This document shows, piece after piece, positions 10,499 through 19,820 of a stretch of 58,101 bases of DNA. The position numbers were made by a program, and so were the translations under genes. Position 1 is the stretch's first letter, and every line of letters starts with the position of its first letter. Under the pieces are notes generated by a model. That model made no database searches. It was not told where the DNA came from and saw only the letters and a list, made by a program, of their open reading frames with translations. Origin of the DNA: an uncultured delta proteobacterium (GTDB lineage: Bacteria > Desulfobacterota > Binatia > UBA9968); assembly GCA_963804165.1 (NCBI GenBank), contig CAWDPO010000018.1:1-58101 (forward strand), read 5' to 3'.

Positions 10499-11506
10499 TT
10501 ATTTCAGCCGACCCTCGGCGCGCAATTCCTGCTGGGCAATTTTCAAGATGCGGTCGTTGATGGCGCGATCGAGGGTGAATTTGGCGTCGATCAAACCGTT
10601 GCGTTTGTCTTCGTCGAGCATGAATTGAAAGCCCGGAATGTTGAGCGACAAATCGCCCGAAAATACCGGCGCAAAAAGATCGTAGGCCTCGTTGACGATG
10701 TCCGGTTGCCCCTGAAGGCCGCCTTCGTAGCCGGCCTTTATCGCCTCGGCCTTGTTTGTTTTGGCGAGCTGCATGCCAAGGATCAATGCCTTGAGAAAGC
10801 GCTTGGCGGTATCCGGGAATTTTTCCAGCGCTTCATTTCGTGAGACGATGATGCTTTGCGGGATATTTAGCGTATCGCTCATGTTAGCGATCATCGGATA
10901 ACCGAGACGCACGAGTCTCACCGTGTCCTCCGGTGAAAAGGGCGCCGCGACGACGATCCCCTTCTCCAGCGCGCTCACGCGCATAGTGCTGCCGCCGACG
11001 GAGCGCAACATGACGTCCTTGTCCGGATCGATGCCTTTTCTGCGCAGAAAAGTTCGAACGGCAAAATCCGAGAATGCGCCGGCGCCGGTGACGCCGATGA
11101 TCTTGCCTTTGAGGTCTTCCAGACTGCGCGTCGATTTTGTCCCGACTAGTTGGAAAGTCGTCGCGTTGGCGATCGAGGCGATGATGGCGGCGTCCATTCC
11201 CCGCGACCGGCTGCGCATGACCGCCTGCGCCCCGCCGATCTCGGCAAACTCGACTTCACCGGAGGAAAGCGCCGCGAGCGCCATCGGGCCGCCACGAACG
11301 AAAATGGGCTGTACCTCCAAGCCTTGAGCTTTGAAAAAACCGCGCGCCAGCGAGACCCGAAATGGCAGCTCACTGTTCCATGCCAAACCGGTAAAGACGA
11401 CGCGCAGATTTTTCTTTTCCTGGGCGTGAGACGCGCCGGGATACACGGCCAATAGGACGTATACGATCAACGCGGAAACCCGAATACCGCAACTACCGGA
11501 CATCAC
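10499..11506 (-). CDS. ABC transporter substrate-binding protein, NMT1/SsuA/TauA type
   Basis: Signal peptide, GFFKAQGLEV, DLKGKIIGVTGAG; tandem paralog of 11514-12518. Confidence 0.9.
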   Translation of the reverse strand: MMSGSCGIRVSALIVYVLLAVYPGASHAQEKKNLRVVFTGLAWNSELPFRVSLARGFFKAQGLEVQPIFVRGGPMALAALSSGEVEFAEIGGAQAVMRSRSRGMDAAIIASIANATTFQLVGTKSTRSLEDLKGKIIGVTGAGAFSDFAVRTFLRRKGIDPDKDVMLRSVGGSTMRVSALEKGIVVAAPFSPEDTVRLVRLGYPMIANMSDTLNIPQSIIVSRNEALEKFPDTAKRFLKALILGMQLAKTNKAEAIKAGYEGGLQGQPDIVNEAYDLFAPVFSGDLSLNIPGFQFMLDEDKRNGLIDAKFTLDRAINDRILKIAQQELRAEGRLK

Positions 11507-11513
11507 GCACTCC

Positions 11514-12518
11514 TTACTGGCGGAGCTTTCCTTCGGCTCTCAGCTCCTGCTGAGCGATTCTTAGTAAGCGGTCGTTGATCACACGATCAACGGTGAAGCC
11601 CTTGTCGACGAAGCCGGCGCGGATGTCTTCGTCGAGCATCTGTTGGATACCCGGTACCGCGATGGACAAATCGGCGGTCAGTCCCGGCGAATAGAGATCC
11701 CACGCCGCGCTGACGACATCGGGTTCGCCCTGCATGCCGGAATCGTAGCCTGCTTTGATCGCTTCTTTCTTGTTGAACTTTGCGAGTTGCATGCCCTGAA
11801 TATACGCCTTGAGAATACGCTTGCTGGTTTCGGGATATTTCTCCAGCACTTCAGTGCGCGTGACGATGATGTTTTGCGGGATGCCCAACGACTCGTTCAT
11901 GTTGCTGATCACCGAATAGCCGGCACGAATCAGGCGCACCGCGTCTTCCGTCGAGAATGGCGCCGCCGCGATGATGCCTTTCTCGATCGCCGCCGCGCGC
12001 AACGCCGTGCCGCCGATCGAGCGCAGCATCACGTCCTTGTCGGGATTGATATTGTTCTTTTTCAGAAACGCCTTGACGGCAAATTCCGAGTAGGTCCCTG
12101 CCCCGGTGATGCCGATGGGCTTGCCTTTCAGCTCCTCGACGGTCCGCGTCTGCTTATTGCCGAGCAGAATGTAGTTAGTGGTGCTGGAAATGCAGCCGAT
12201 GATCGCCAAATCCAAGCCGCGTGCATTGGCGCGAAAGATCGCCTGCGCCCCGCCAATGCTCGCGAAGTCTGCCTCGCCTGAGACCAACGCGGCGATCGCC
12301 GCCGGGCCGCCGCGAATGAGGATAGGTTCGATCTGCAGACCCTGCGACTTGAAGTGGCCACGCGCCAATGCTGCGCGAAACGGTAGCTCGCTGTTCCACG
12401 CGAGGCTGACAAAGACCATGCGAAGGTTTTTCTTCTCCTGCGCCAACGACGGCGCAGCGATGCAGAGCACCACGACCATGGCTGCAATTGCCACGGCAGA
12501 TTTCAGATTCCGCATCAC
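11514..12518 (-). CDS. ABC transporter substrate-binding protein, NMT1/SsuA/TauA type
   Basis: Signal peptide, GHFKSQGLQI, ELKGKPIGITGAG. Confidence 0.9.
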   Translation of the reverse strand: MMRNLKSAVAIAAMVVVLCIAAPSLAQEKKNLRMVFVSLAWNSELPFRAALARGHFKSQGLQIEPILIRGGPAAIAALVSGEADFASIGGAQAIFRANARGLDLAIIGCISSTTNYILLGNKQTRTVEELKGKPIGITGAGTYSEFAVKAFLKKNNINPDKDVMLRSIGGTALRAAAIEKGIIAAAPFSTEDAVRLIRAGYSVISNMNESLGIPQNIIVTRTEVLEKYPETSKRILKAYIQGMQLAKFNKKEAIKAGYDSGMQGEPDVVSAAWDLYSPGLTADLSIAVPGIQQMLDEDIRAGFVDKGFTVDRVINDRLLRIAQQELRAEGKLRQ

Positions 12519-12520
12519 GC

Positions 12521-12550
12521 CATTACTCCAACACTCCAGTACTCCATTCT
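12521..12550. repeat. Short octamer tandem repeat (ACTCCA core)
   Basis: cattACTCCAacACTCCAgtACTCCAttct; same unit as 15600-15682. Confidence 0.6.
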
Positions 12551-12559
12551 TCTACGCTT

Positions 12560-13024
12560 CTACCGCTTCGCATACACAGTCGTCCGCCCGTTCTTGTCGA
12601 AGGTCAAGACTTCATAGGGCTCCGGCTTACCGCCTTCCATGCCCGGCGAGCCGACGGGCATGCCGGGGACGGCGAGGCCGAGCACCTGGGGTTTTTCTTT
12701 TAAAAGTTTGTAGATCAGGTCCGCCGGCACGTGCCCCTCGATAACGTAACCCTCGATCAACGCGGTGTGGCAAGCGGCCAGCCTTTCCGGCACGCCGTGC
12801 TTGCGCTTGAGTTCCGTGAAGCCTTTGCCAAAGACAACTTTCGTTTCGACTTTGAAGCCGTTCTTTTCGAGATGGCTCATCCAGCCATCACAACAGTCTC
12901 AGGTCGGCGTCTTGTAGACGGTGATCGCCGGACTGGGAGTTTTGGACTGCGCATAACTCACAGCCGGCGACAGCGCCAGGCTCAGAAAGACGAATGTCAC
13001 GCTAACCTTTAACAATTGCAGCAT
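12560..13024 (-). CDS. DUF411 (CopG-like) periplasmic metal-binding protein, candidate selenoprotein (U42)
   Basis: GGAGG RBS, signal peptide, VYKTPT-TGA-DCCDGW read in frame into ORF 12560..12880 (ACHTA, IEGHVPA, GLAVPGMPVGSPGME). TGA at 12899-12901 occupies the first Cys of the family CGCC motif. Confidence 0.85.
12871..12889 (-). promoter_or_regulatory. Candidate bacterial SECIS hairpin
   Basis: GAUGGCU-GGAUG-AGCCAUC, perfect 7-bp stem with a G-first loop beginning 16 nt after the UGA. Confidence 0.65.
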
Positions 13025-13168
13025 GGTAGTGCCTCCGGGGAACGCTGCTAATTTAACAAACGGACTGCCTTCAGGGAAGCGGACATTAAGATACACTTGC
13101 GATCAGCTTGACAGACGCGCCCCTTCATCTGTTAAGTAGGAACGATTCCAAGACAGAACGGAAATATC

Positions 13169-14380
13169 ATGGCCGAATCAAGCACAGGAAGAAAGTTAAG
13201 GCTCGGTATCGTCGGTATCGGCGTCGGCGCGTCGGAAATCCTCCCGGCGATGGAACAGATGCAGGAATTTGAACTGGTCGCCGCCGCGGACGTCAACCCG
13301 CGCGTGCTCGAAACATTCCGCCAGCGCTACGGGGCGAAGACTTACGACAGCGTCGAAAAACTCTGTGCCGACCCTGACGTAGAAGCGGTCTGGGTCTCGA
13401 CGCCGAACCGATTTCACGCGCCGCACACGATTAGCGCCGCCAACGCCGGAAAACATGTCGTCGTCGAAAAACCGATGGCCATTTCGCTTCAAGAAGCGGA
13501 GCAGATGATCGAGGCGTCGATAAAGAACAAGATCAAACTGCTGTGCGGCCACACGCAGAGCTTCGGCCCGCATATTCGCACCATGCGCAAGATCATTAGG
13601 TCGGGAGAACTAGGCAGACTTTGCGCGCTGCATGTGTGGGCCTACACGGACTGGATGCTGCGGCCGCGCACGGCGGAAGAGCTCGATATCAACCAGGGCG
13701 GCGGTGTCCCCTATCGCCAGGGACCGCATCAGATCGATACCCTGCGTTTGCTCGGCGGCGGCTTGGTGCGCAGCGTGCGCGGCTCCATCGGCCAATGGTT
13801 CAAGGGCCGGCCGATTCCGGGCTACTATTCCGGTTTTCTGGAATTCGAAGACGGCACACCAGCAAGTCTTATGCACAACGGCTATGGTTATTTTCTCGCG
13901 TCGGAACTGGTTCCGTGGGGCGGACAGAACAGCCGATATAGCGAAGCCGAGCGCGCCGCGATTCGCAAAGCATTACTCGACGGCACGCGCAACGAAAACG
14001 CCGACAAGGACGAGATGCGCATCGGCGGCGCGCACGAGCGAGAAGTCCGCGACCGCAGCAAAGCCAAGCCGTGGCTGCCCAACGACCTCGGCATTCTCGT
14101 CGCGACGTGCGAAAAAGGTGATATTCGCCAATCCCAATTCGGGCTGTTCGTCCACAGTGACGAGGGGACCAAAGATGTTCCCCTCATCGGCGGCGGCGGA
14201 CCATCGCGCCGCGGCGAGCTGATGGAGCTCTACAACGCGGTCGTCCTCGACAAACCGATCCGCCACACCGGACGCTGGGGCATGGCGACCTTGGAAGTGT
14301 GTCTGGCGCTGATTCAGTCGGCGCAGGAACGCAAGGAAATATATTTGAAACATCAGGTGCCCGCGCCGGAAGAGGACTAA
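13169..14380 (+). CDS. Gfo/Idh/MocA oxidoreductase, phthalate 4,5-dihydrodiol dehydrogenase-like
   Basis: GIVGIG, STPNRFH, GKHVVVEKPM, YTDWMLRPRTAEEL..QGGG...QGPHQID, GYGYF. Confidence 0.85.
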   Translation: MAESSTGRKLRLGIVGIGVGASEILPAMEQMQEFELVAAADVNPRVLETFRQRYGAKTYDSVEKLCADPDVEAVWVSTPNRFHAPHTISAANAGKHVVVEKPMAISLQEAEQMIEASIKNKIKLLCGHTQSFGPHIRTMRKIIRSGELGRLCALHVWAYTDWMLRPRTAEELDINQGGGVPYRQGPHQIDTLRLLGGGLVRSVRGSIGQWFKGRPIPGYYSGFLEFEDGTPASLMHNGYGYFLASELVPWGGQNSRYSEAERAAIRKALLDGTRNENADKDEMRIGGAHEREVRDRSKAKPWLPNDLGILVATCEKGDIRQSQFGLFVHSDEGTKDVPLIGGGGPSRRGELMELYNAVVLDKPIRHTGRWGMATLEVCLALIQSAQERKEIYLKHQVPAPEED

Positions 14381-14392
14381 TAAAAAAACACG

Positions 14393-14545
14393 AAGCACGA
14401 AATCCGAAATTCGAAACAAATTCAAGTAGTCCAAATTACAATGTTCCAAACAGTTTCGACTCGGCTTCCGCGTTTTGAACATTTTCGGTTTCTGATCTTG
14501 TGGGTATTTGTTTGTTTCGGATTTCGATATCAGGATTTCGAATTT
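14393..14545. repeat. Intergenic inverted element built from heptamer units (CGAAATY)
   Basis: aagcacgaaatccgaaattcgaaacaaa ... tttgtttcggatttcgatatcaggatttcgaattt. Confidence 0.7.
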
Positions 14546-14616
14546 TGTTGGTCGGTTAGCTAAGATCGACTGTCTTCTAGTCATTCTGTTTAATCATAAA
14601 AATCCAAGGAGGCTCT

Positions 14617-15597
14617 ATGCACAACGGACAAAAAATCGTCGACGTTCACGGTCACATGACCACGCCCGCACCCTTTCGCCAGTTTCTCGCCGAAACTGTG
14701 GCGCAAAACACCCCCGGGCGAAAACTCGATATGACGGATGAACAACTGGAAAATGCCCAACAGCGCCATCTCAAATTTATGGATGATCGCAATATCGACA
14801 TCCAACTCATCGGCCCGCGTCCGATCGCCATGTGGCACTGGATGCGCCCGTTTCTGCAGGACTTCTGGTGTCGAACCGTCAACGATGTCATTGCGCGCAT
14901 CGTCAAGCTTCACCCCGACCGGTTTCGCGGTATGGCGCAGTTGCCGCAATCGAAGGAAACGGACGGGCGTCATTGTGTCGCCGAGCTGGAACGCTGCGTC
15001 AAAGAATTGGGCTTCGTGGGCGCCTATCTCAATCCCGATCCCGCCGGTGACAAGCAGACGCCCGGCGTGCACGAAGAATACTGGTATCCCCTCTATGAAA
15101 AAGCCGTCCAACTCGACGTGCCGCTGATGATCCATCCATCCATTACGTACGACAAACGTCTGGAAATCATCCCGGCGAATTATCAGATGAATAATTATCT
15201 CGAAGAGTTCGTCGCCATGCAGCTCTATTCGCATAGCAAGGTCTTCGAAGCTTTTCCCAAACTGAAAATCGTTATCTGTCATTGCGGCGGCGGCTTGAAC
15301 CGCTTTATCCCCAGCGATCACCACGTCGGCAAGGCGGGTCTTAACAGCAATCTCTTTTATGACGCCTGCTGCTATGACGTTCACTATCTCGAAGCCGCCA
15401 TCAAACAGCGCGGCGTTGATCAGATGCTCTTCGGCAGCGAATCTCCAGGTTCCGGCGGCGCCGTGCGTCCGGAAACCGGCAAACCGTCGGACGACCTCGT
15501 TCCCGTGATCGACAGCCTGGGTTTCCTTAGCGCGGAAGATAAACTGAAAATCTTTCAGAAGAATCCCTTGAAGGTATTTACGAAAGTCAAAATCTAG
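14617..15597 (+). CDS. Amidohydrolase_2 family protein (LigJ 4-oxalomesaconate hydratase-like)
   Basis: DVHGH, AQLPQS, ELERCVKELGFVG..LNPDP, HCGGG, LFGSE.PG motifs. Confidence 0.8.
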   Translation: MHNGQKIVDVHGHMTTPAPFRQFLAETVAQNTPGRKLDMTDEQLENAQQRHLKFMDDRNIDIQLIGPRPIAMWHWMRPFLQDFWCRTVNDVIARIVKLHPDRFRGMAQLPQSKETDGRHCVAELERCVKELGFVGAYLNPDPAGDKQTPGVHEEYWYPLYEKAVQLDVPLMIHPSITYDKRLEIIPANYQMNNYLEEFVAMQLYSHSKVFEAFPKLKIVICHCGGGLNRFIPSDHHVGKAGLNSNLFYDACCYDVHYLEAAIKQRGVDQMLFGSESPGSGGAVRPETGKPSDDLVPVIDSLGFLSAEDKLKIFQKNPLKVFTKVKI

Positions 15598-15599
15598 AA

Positions 15600-15682
15600 G
15601 AATGGGGTAACGGAGTAGCGGAGTGCTGGAGTGTCGGGTTTCGGGACCCATCCCTCCAATACTCCACCACTCCAGTACTCCG
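15600..15682. repeat. Inverted octamer-repeat element (GGAGT.../...ACTCC)
   Basis: ggagtagcggagtgctggagt ... actccaccactccagtactcc. Confidence 0.65.
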
Positions 15683-15713
15683 ATCGCAGGAATAGACCCG
15701 TTGGAGGAGATAG

Positions 15714-17942
15714 ATGTCATTCAAATTCGTCGGCAAGGCGATTCCAAGACTAGAAGGCGCGGAAAAAGTTTCCGGCAAGCTGCGTTACGCGGCGGATTTT
15801 GAAATCCCCGGTTCTCTTGTCGCAAAAATTTTACGCGCTTCGCTGCCGCACGCGCGCATCGTTAAAATCGATAAGTCAAAGGCTGAGCAATTACCGGGTG
15901 TCCGCGCAATTATCACGGGTGCCGACGTTCCAGAGGTGATGGTCGGATTGCGCATGAAAGACATGCCGCTGCTCGCTCGCGAGCGCGTGCGTTTTGTCGG
16001 TGAACCGATCGCCGCTGTGGCGGCGGACAACGCTGAGATCGCCGAAGACGCGTTGAACCTGATCGACATTCAATACGAGGAGTTGCCCTACATCACCGAC
16101 CCCGTCGAGGCGATACGGCCTGGCGCTCCGGTGCTGCACGATAATCCCGGCGCATACAAGAACGCGCCGGAGCGGGCGACCGAGCTGCCGAACATTCAAT
16201 CCTACGGTCATTGGAGCAACGGCGACGTCGACGCAGGATTCAAAAAAGCCGCCCGCGTCTTCGAGCATACTTTTCGCACGCCGTTGGGATTTCACGGCTA
16301 TATCGAGCCGCACGCGTGCACCGTACAGGTGCAGAGCGACGGCCAGATCGAAATCTGGGCTTCCAATAAAGCGCCGTTCACGTTACGCGATCGCTTTGCG
16401 CGCGATCTCGGTCTCGACCCCGCGAAAGTCAAAGTGCACATTCTTCCCGTCGGCGGCGATTTCGGCGGTAAGACTTCCGTGGTCGAAGCGCCGGTTTGCT
16501 ATTTTCTGGCGCAGCGAACCGGCAAGCCCGTCAAGATGGTACTCGATTATACCGAGGAATTGACTGCGATCTCGCACCGCCACCCGGCCGTGATCACGCT
16601 GCGCACCGGCGTCGACAGCGAAGGCAAGCTCTGCGCGCTGCACGCGCGGGCAATTTTTAGCGGCGGCGGCTACGCGGCCCTCAAAGCAAATGCCGAAGTG
16701 ACCGTGCAAGGACCCCGGCGCGTCGCCAGCTACTACCGGATTCCGGCGATCCAGGTCGAGACGATCTGCGCCTATACCAATCAGGTTCCTTGTACACAAA
16801 CGCGCACTCCCGGCAGTCCTCAGACGACTTTTGCCATGGAATCGCAAATCGATATCATCGCGCGCGAATTGAGCATGGACCCCGTCGAGTTCCGCATGAA
16901 AAATCTGCTCAACGATGGCGACCCGACGCCCTTCGGTCAGAAGCTTAAAGGTATTGTCGTCAAGGATATATTAAAGAAAGCGCTCGATACTTCCGGCTGG
17001 AAAAAGCCCAAGGGAAAAAATATCGGTCGCGGGGTCGCCGTCTATGAGCGTCCCTCCGGCGCCGGAAAATCCGGGGCGGCGATCACCATTGAAACCGATG
17101 GCCGCGTTAACGTGCACCTAGGCGTGCCCGACGTCGGCCCCGGCATTCATACCGTAGTCCAGCAGATTGTCAGCGAAGTGCTGGATATCCCGATGGAGCG
17201 CGTCAACGTGCGCGTGGAAGACACTGACAAGTCGCCGTTTGATTCTGGGACAGGCGGTAGCAAGTCAACCAACAGCGTCGGAACCGCGGCTTATCAGGCC
17301 GTCGCCGAGATCAAAGATAAAATCGTTGCAACCGCCGCGGTCCGTTTGGGTTGCAAACCCGAGGACCTACGAGGCGTAAACGGCCGCTTCGCCGTTCCCG
17401 GGAAAAAACCGGTGCAGTTTGCTGATCTCATGCGGCTCGCCGTCGAGGAAAATCACGGAGCTATCACTCACCTGAGTGTGTATGAACCGTCGCGCGCCGC
17501 GATCACGTCGTTCGCGGCGCAGGTGGCAGAGGTCGAGGTCGATCCCGGCACCGGCCAAGTAAAGGTCAAGAAACTCACGACCGTCCACGACTCCGGCACC
17601 GTCTTGAATCATTTGAGCTACCAGGGACAGATCGACGGCGGCGTCGTCACCGGGTTGGGTTTCGCCTTGATGGAAGACAATTCCTTGGTCGATGGGAAAA
17701 TGGCTACGGCGAATCTCGGCGAGTTTAAAATGGCGACGATCGCGGATGTCCCTAGGCTCACGACTGTATTAATGCAGGACGCTACCGGCCCCACGCCGTA
17801 TCAGGGCAAGGCTATAGCCGAAATCCCCAACGTCCCTACAGCAGCGGCCATTGCCAACGCCATCGAGGATGCCGTCGGCGTGCGGTTGTATGATCTACCG
17901 CTGACGTCAGAAAAAATCTACGCGGCGCTTAACAAACGATAG
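15714..17942 (+). CDS. Xanthine dehydrogenase family molybdopterin-binding (large) subunit
   Basis: RASLPHARI, VRFVGEPIAAV, GGDFGGK, GQIDGGVVTGLG, AIANAIEDAVGVR. Confidence 0.92.
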   Translation: MSFKFVGKAIPRLEGAEKVSGKLRYAADFEIPGSLVAKILRASLPHARIVKIDKSKAEQLPGVRAIITGADVPEVMVGLRMKDMPLLARERVRFVGEPIAAVAADNAEIAEDALNLIDIQYEELPYITDPVEAIRPGAPVLHDNPGAYKNAPERATELPNIQSYGHWSNGDVDAGFKKAARVFEHTFRTPLGFHGYIEPHACTVQVQSDGQIEIWASNKAPFTLRDRFARDLGLDPAKVKVHILPVGGDFGGKTSVVEAPVCYFLAQRTGKPVKMVLDYTEELTAISHRHPAVITLRTGVDSEGKLCALHARAIFSGGGYAALKANAEVTVQGPRRVASYYRIPAIQVETICAYTNQVPCTQTRTPGSPQTTFAMESQIDIIARELSMDPVEFRMKNLLNDGDPTPFGQKLKGIVVKDILKKALDTSGWKKPKGKNIGRGVAVYERPSGAGKSGAAITIETDGRVNVHLGVPDVGPGIHTVVQQIVSEVLDIPMERVNVRVEDTDKSPFDSGTGGSKSTNSVGTAAYQAVAEIKDKIVATAAVRLGCKPEDLRGVNGRFAVPGKKPVQFADLMRLAVEENHGAITHLSVYEPSRAAITSFAAQVAEVEVDPGTGQVKVKKLTTVHDSGTVLNHLSYQGQIDGGVVTGLGFALMEDNSLVDGKMATANLGEFKMATIADVPRLTTVLMQDATGPTPYQGKAIAEIPNVPTAAAIANAIEDAVGVRLYDLPLTSEKIYAALNKR

Positions 17943-17995
17943 CAATATGCCGAGCGCTAAGAAGTACGAATCAGCTGTTCCAGCTCTATTAGAGT

Positions 17996-18156
17996 CCGTC
18001 ATTCCCGAATGCTTCTATCGGTGGCTCGACTGGGCTCGCCACAGGCGAGACCGGAACTGGCCCCCCGATTAAGAAATTCCGGCGGGTGACTTCTTCAGGA
18101 TACATTCTCGTCGTCACATTCTGATACCCTGTTAGCCTACGACGGGGTAGTTCATT
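17996..18156. repeat. Composite REP-like element, family 2 copy 2
   Basis: Collinear similarity with 9617-9771; again between convergent genes. Confidence 0.75.
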
Positions 18157-19151
18157 CATTTCCACACCGACTTGATGAAACCGGATTTCTCCAGCTCGTC
18201 CATGTAACTCGCGTCGATGAACTCCTCGACCTTGCGGTTTTTTGCTTTGGGATTATTCTCCGCGATCAAGCTCAGCGAGTTTTCCACGCCCTTGAGATTG
18301 ATCTTGGGAATCTTTTTGATGTAGCGCGACGTGAAGAGATCGTAAGTGTTCGCCAGCATATCGCGGTCGCTAATTCCGCCGTACTTGCGCAATGCCCTGA
18401 TGCCCAATTCGCGATCCGCAAACAACCGTTGCGTTCCTTCCATATAAGCCTTCAGGAAGCGTAGAACCTCGTCGCGATTGCTCTTGCCGTACTTGCGGCT
18501 GATCACGACGGTTGTCGCCGGCAAGCTATAGTCCGACTCGGCAAAGTCGTACAGCGTCTTGATATTCATCTTTTCCGCCTGAACGGACGTCGGAAAAGAG
18601 ATCACCCCGCCGTCCACCGATCGCTGTGCAATCGCTGTCGCAATGTCCGGCATTCTCCCGATCTGAATCAATTTCACGTCTTTCTGTGGTTCCAATCCCC
18701 AGTTCTTCAGTGCCGGCCGAATGAGCAGGTCCGTGAGCGAGCCGAAGCGCGTCACCGCCAGTGTTTTACCCTTGAGATCCTGCGGCTTGGTGATGGAAGG
18801 ATGAACCATTACTTTCATGAGTTGGCCATCGATGGAGCTAGCGACCTGGATCAGATCTGCGCCTTCGACGGACGCTTGCAGATAGACGACGGAAGAGATC
18901 GTCGAGACGTCAATTTGACCAGCGACGTGAACCTGCACCAACTGCACGCCTTGGACATAAATCATTTCCGTGTCGAAGCCGTACTTTTCAAAAAGGCCCG
19001 CCTCTTTGGTCGCGAAGAGCGGAAAAAAACTCGCGCTCGGAGACGGATAGCCCACGCGGATCCGCGGCGCATTCGCGCTTTTGCTCCGCATGGGCGCAAG
19101 CACACTGATCATCACCGAGAAAAATAGAACGGTTCGCGGCAGCAATCTCAT
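18156..19151 (-). CDS. ABC transporter substrate-binding protein, NMT1/SsuA type
   Basis: MRLLPRT signal peptide, GLFEKYGFD, DLKGKTLAVTRFGSLTD. Confidence 0.9.
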   Translation of the reverse strand: MRLLPRTVLFFSVMISVLAPMRSKSANAPRIRVGYPSPSASFFPLFATKEAGLFEKYGFDTEMIYVQGVQLVQVHVAGQIDVSTISSVVYLQASVEGADLIQVASSIDGQLMKVMVHPSITKPQDLKGKTLAVTRFGSLTDLLIRPALKNWGLEPQKDVKLIQIGRMPDIATAIAQRSVDGGVISFPTSVQAEKMNIKTLYDFAESDYSLPATTVVISRKYGKSNRDEVLRFLKAYMEGTQRLFADRELGIRALRKYGGISDRDMLANTYDLFTSRYIKKIPKINLKGVENSLSLIAENNPKAKNRKVEEFIDASYMDELEKSGFIKSVWK

Positions 19152-19214
19152 AGTTTGCCTCTGTTCCTTTATCGAAGCAGAAAACCGCGGCGCGCAAGTG
19201 TTCCGCGCAGTCTC

Positions 19215-19653
19215 GATGTCGTATCTGATCGCCCGTGGCAAGACGCAGCACTAAAGTCTGCGCCCCAGCTTCGGTGTGGGCTTGAATGTGATCCATTACT
19301 TGATTCCAACTGCCCATGACGCAGAGCATCGCCTTAGCTACGGCTGCCGAGATCAACGCGTCCGCGGCTAAGCCAGTCCGATCGTGGCGACCATGTGGGC
19401 GACGAGCAGCGGCCAGATACACCGCTGTGCCCAGCCTTTTGGCGACCAAATAATTCGACAATCACAATTCGCAGATATCGAACTTACCCTTCTGCAGCAT
19501 GCGCGCATGACGGTCCTGACCGTGCTTCAGTGGACTCCACTGGCCGACTTCCAAAACTTGAAGGTCAACTCCGTCAACCTGAACCGAGCCGTCGAAGAAC
19601 GGAATATGCCGGTCGTAGTGGGACAATGCCATCGATAATCGCAAATTAGCCAT
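19215..19653 (-). pseudogene. Chimeric remnant: 5' end of a 4,5-dihydroxyphthalate decarboxylase-like gene joined to a probable LLM-monooxygenase-like 3' end
   Basis: MANLRLSMALSHYDRHIPFFDGSV...FDICEL*LSNYL, then unrelated VMGSWNQVMDHIQAHTEAGAQTLVLRL. Confidence 0.55.
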
Positions 19654-19765
19654 AGTGGGTCCTCGACTGTTTTCCAATTTTGCTTACTTCATTTTCCGCC
19701 GGCTTTCTACTCCCAAACCGAACGGTCAAATCAATTCAAGGCGCTCCGCGGGACTTTGCAGCTCC

Positions 19766-19808
19766 GGAACGACTTGAACATTTTGAACGACTGGAACTAC
19801 TTGAACGG
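19766..19808. repeat. 9-bp period tandem repeat (TTGAAC core)
   Basis: ggaacgac ttgaacatt ttgaacgac tggaactac ttgaacgg; similar units at 30435-30450. Confidence 0.6.
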
Positions 19809-19820
19809 ATTTTTATCTTA

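Noticed and set aside
10115-14584. Long antisense or alternate-frame ORFs (e.g. 10115..10843, 11643..12281, 13973..14584) and similar ones elsewhere
   Set aside because: They are shadows of well-supported genes in GC-rich DNA, with no motifs.
19462-19464. In-frame TGA in the decarboxylase-like fragment as selenocysteine
   Set aside because: It falls at an expected Ser (CEL-S-LS) in a gene that is truncated shortly afterwards.
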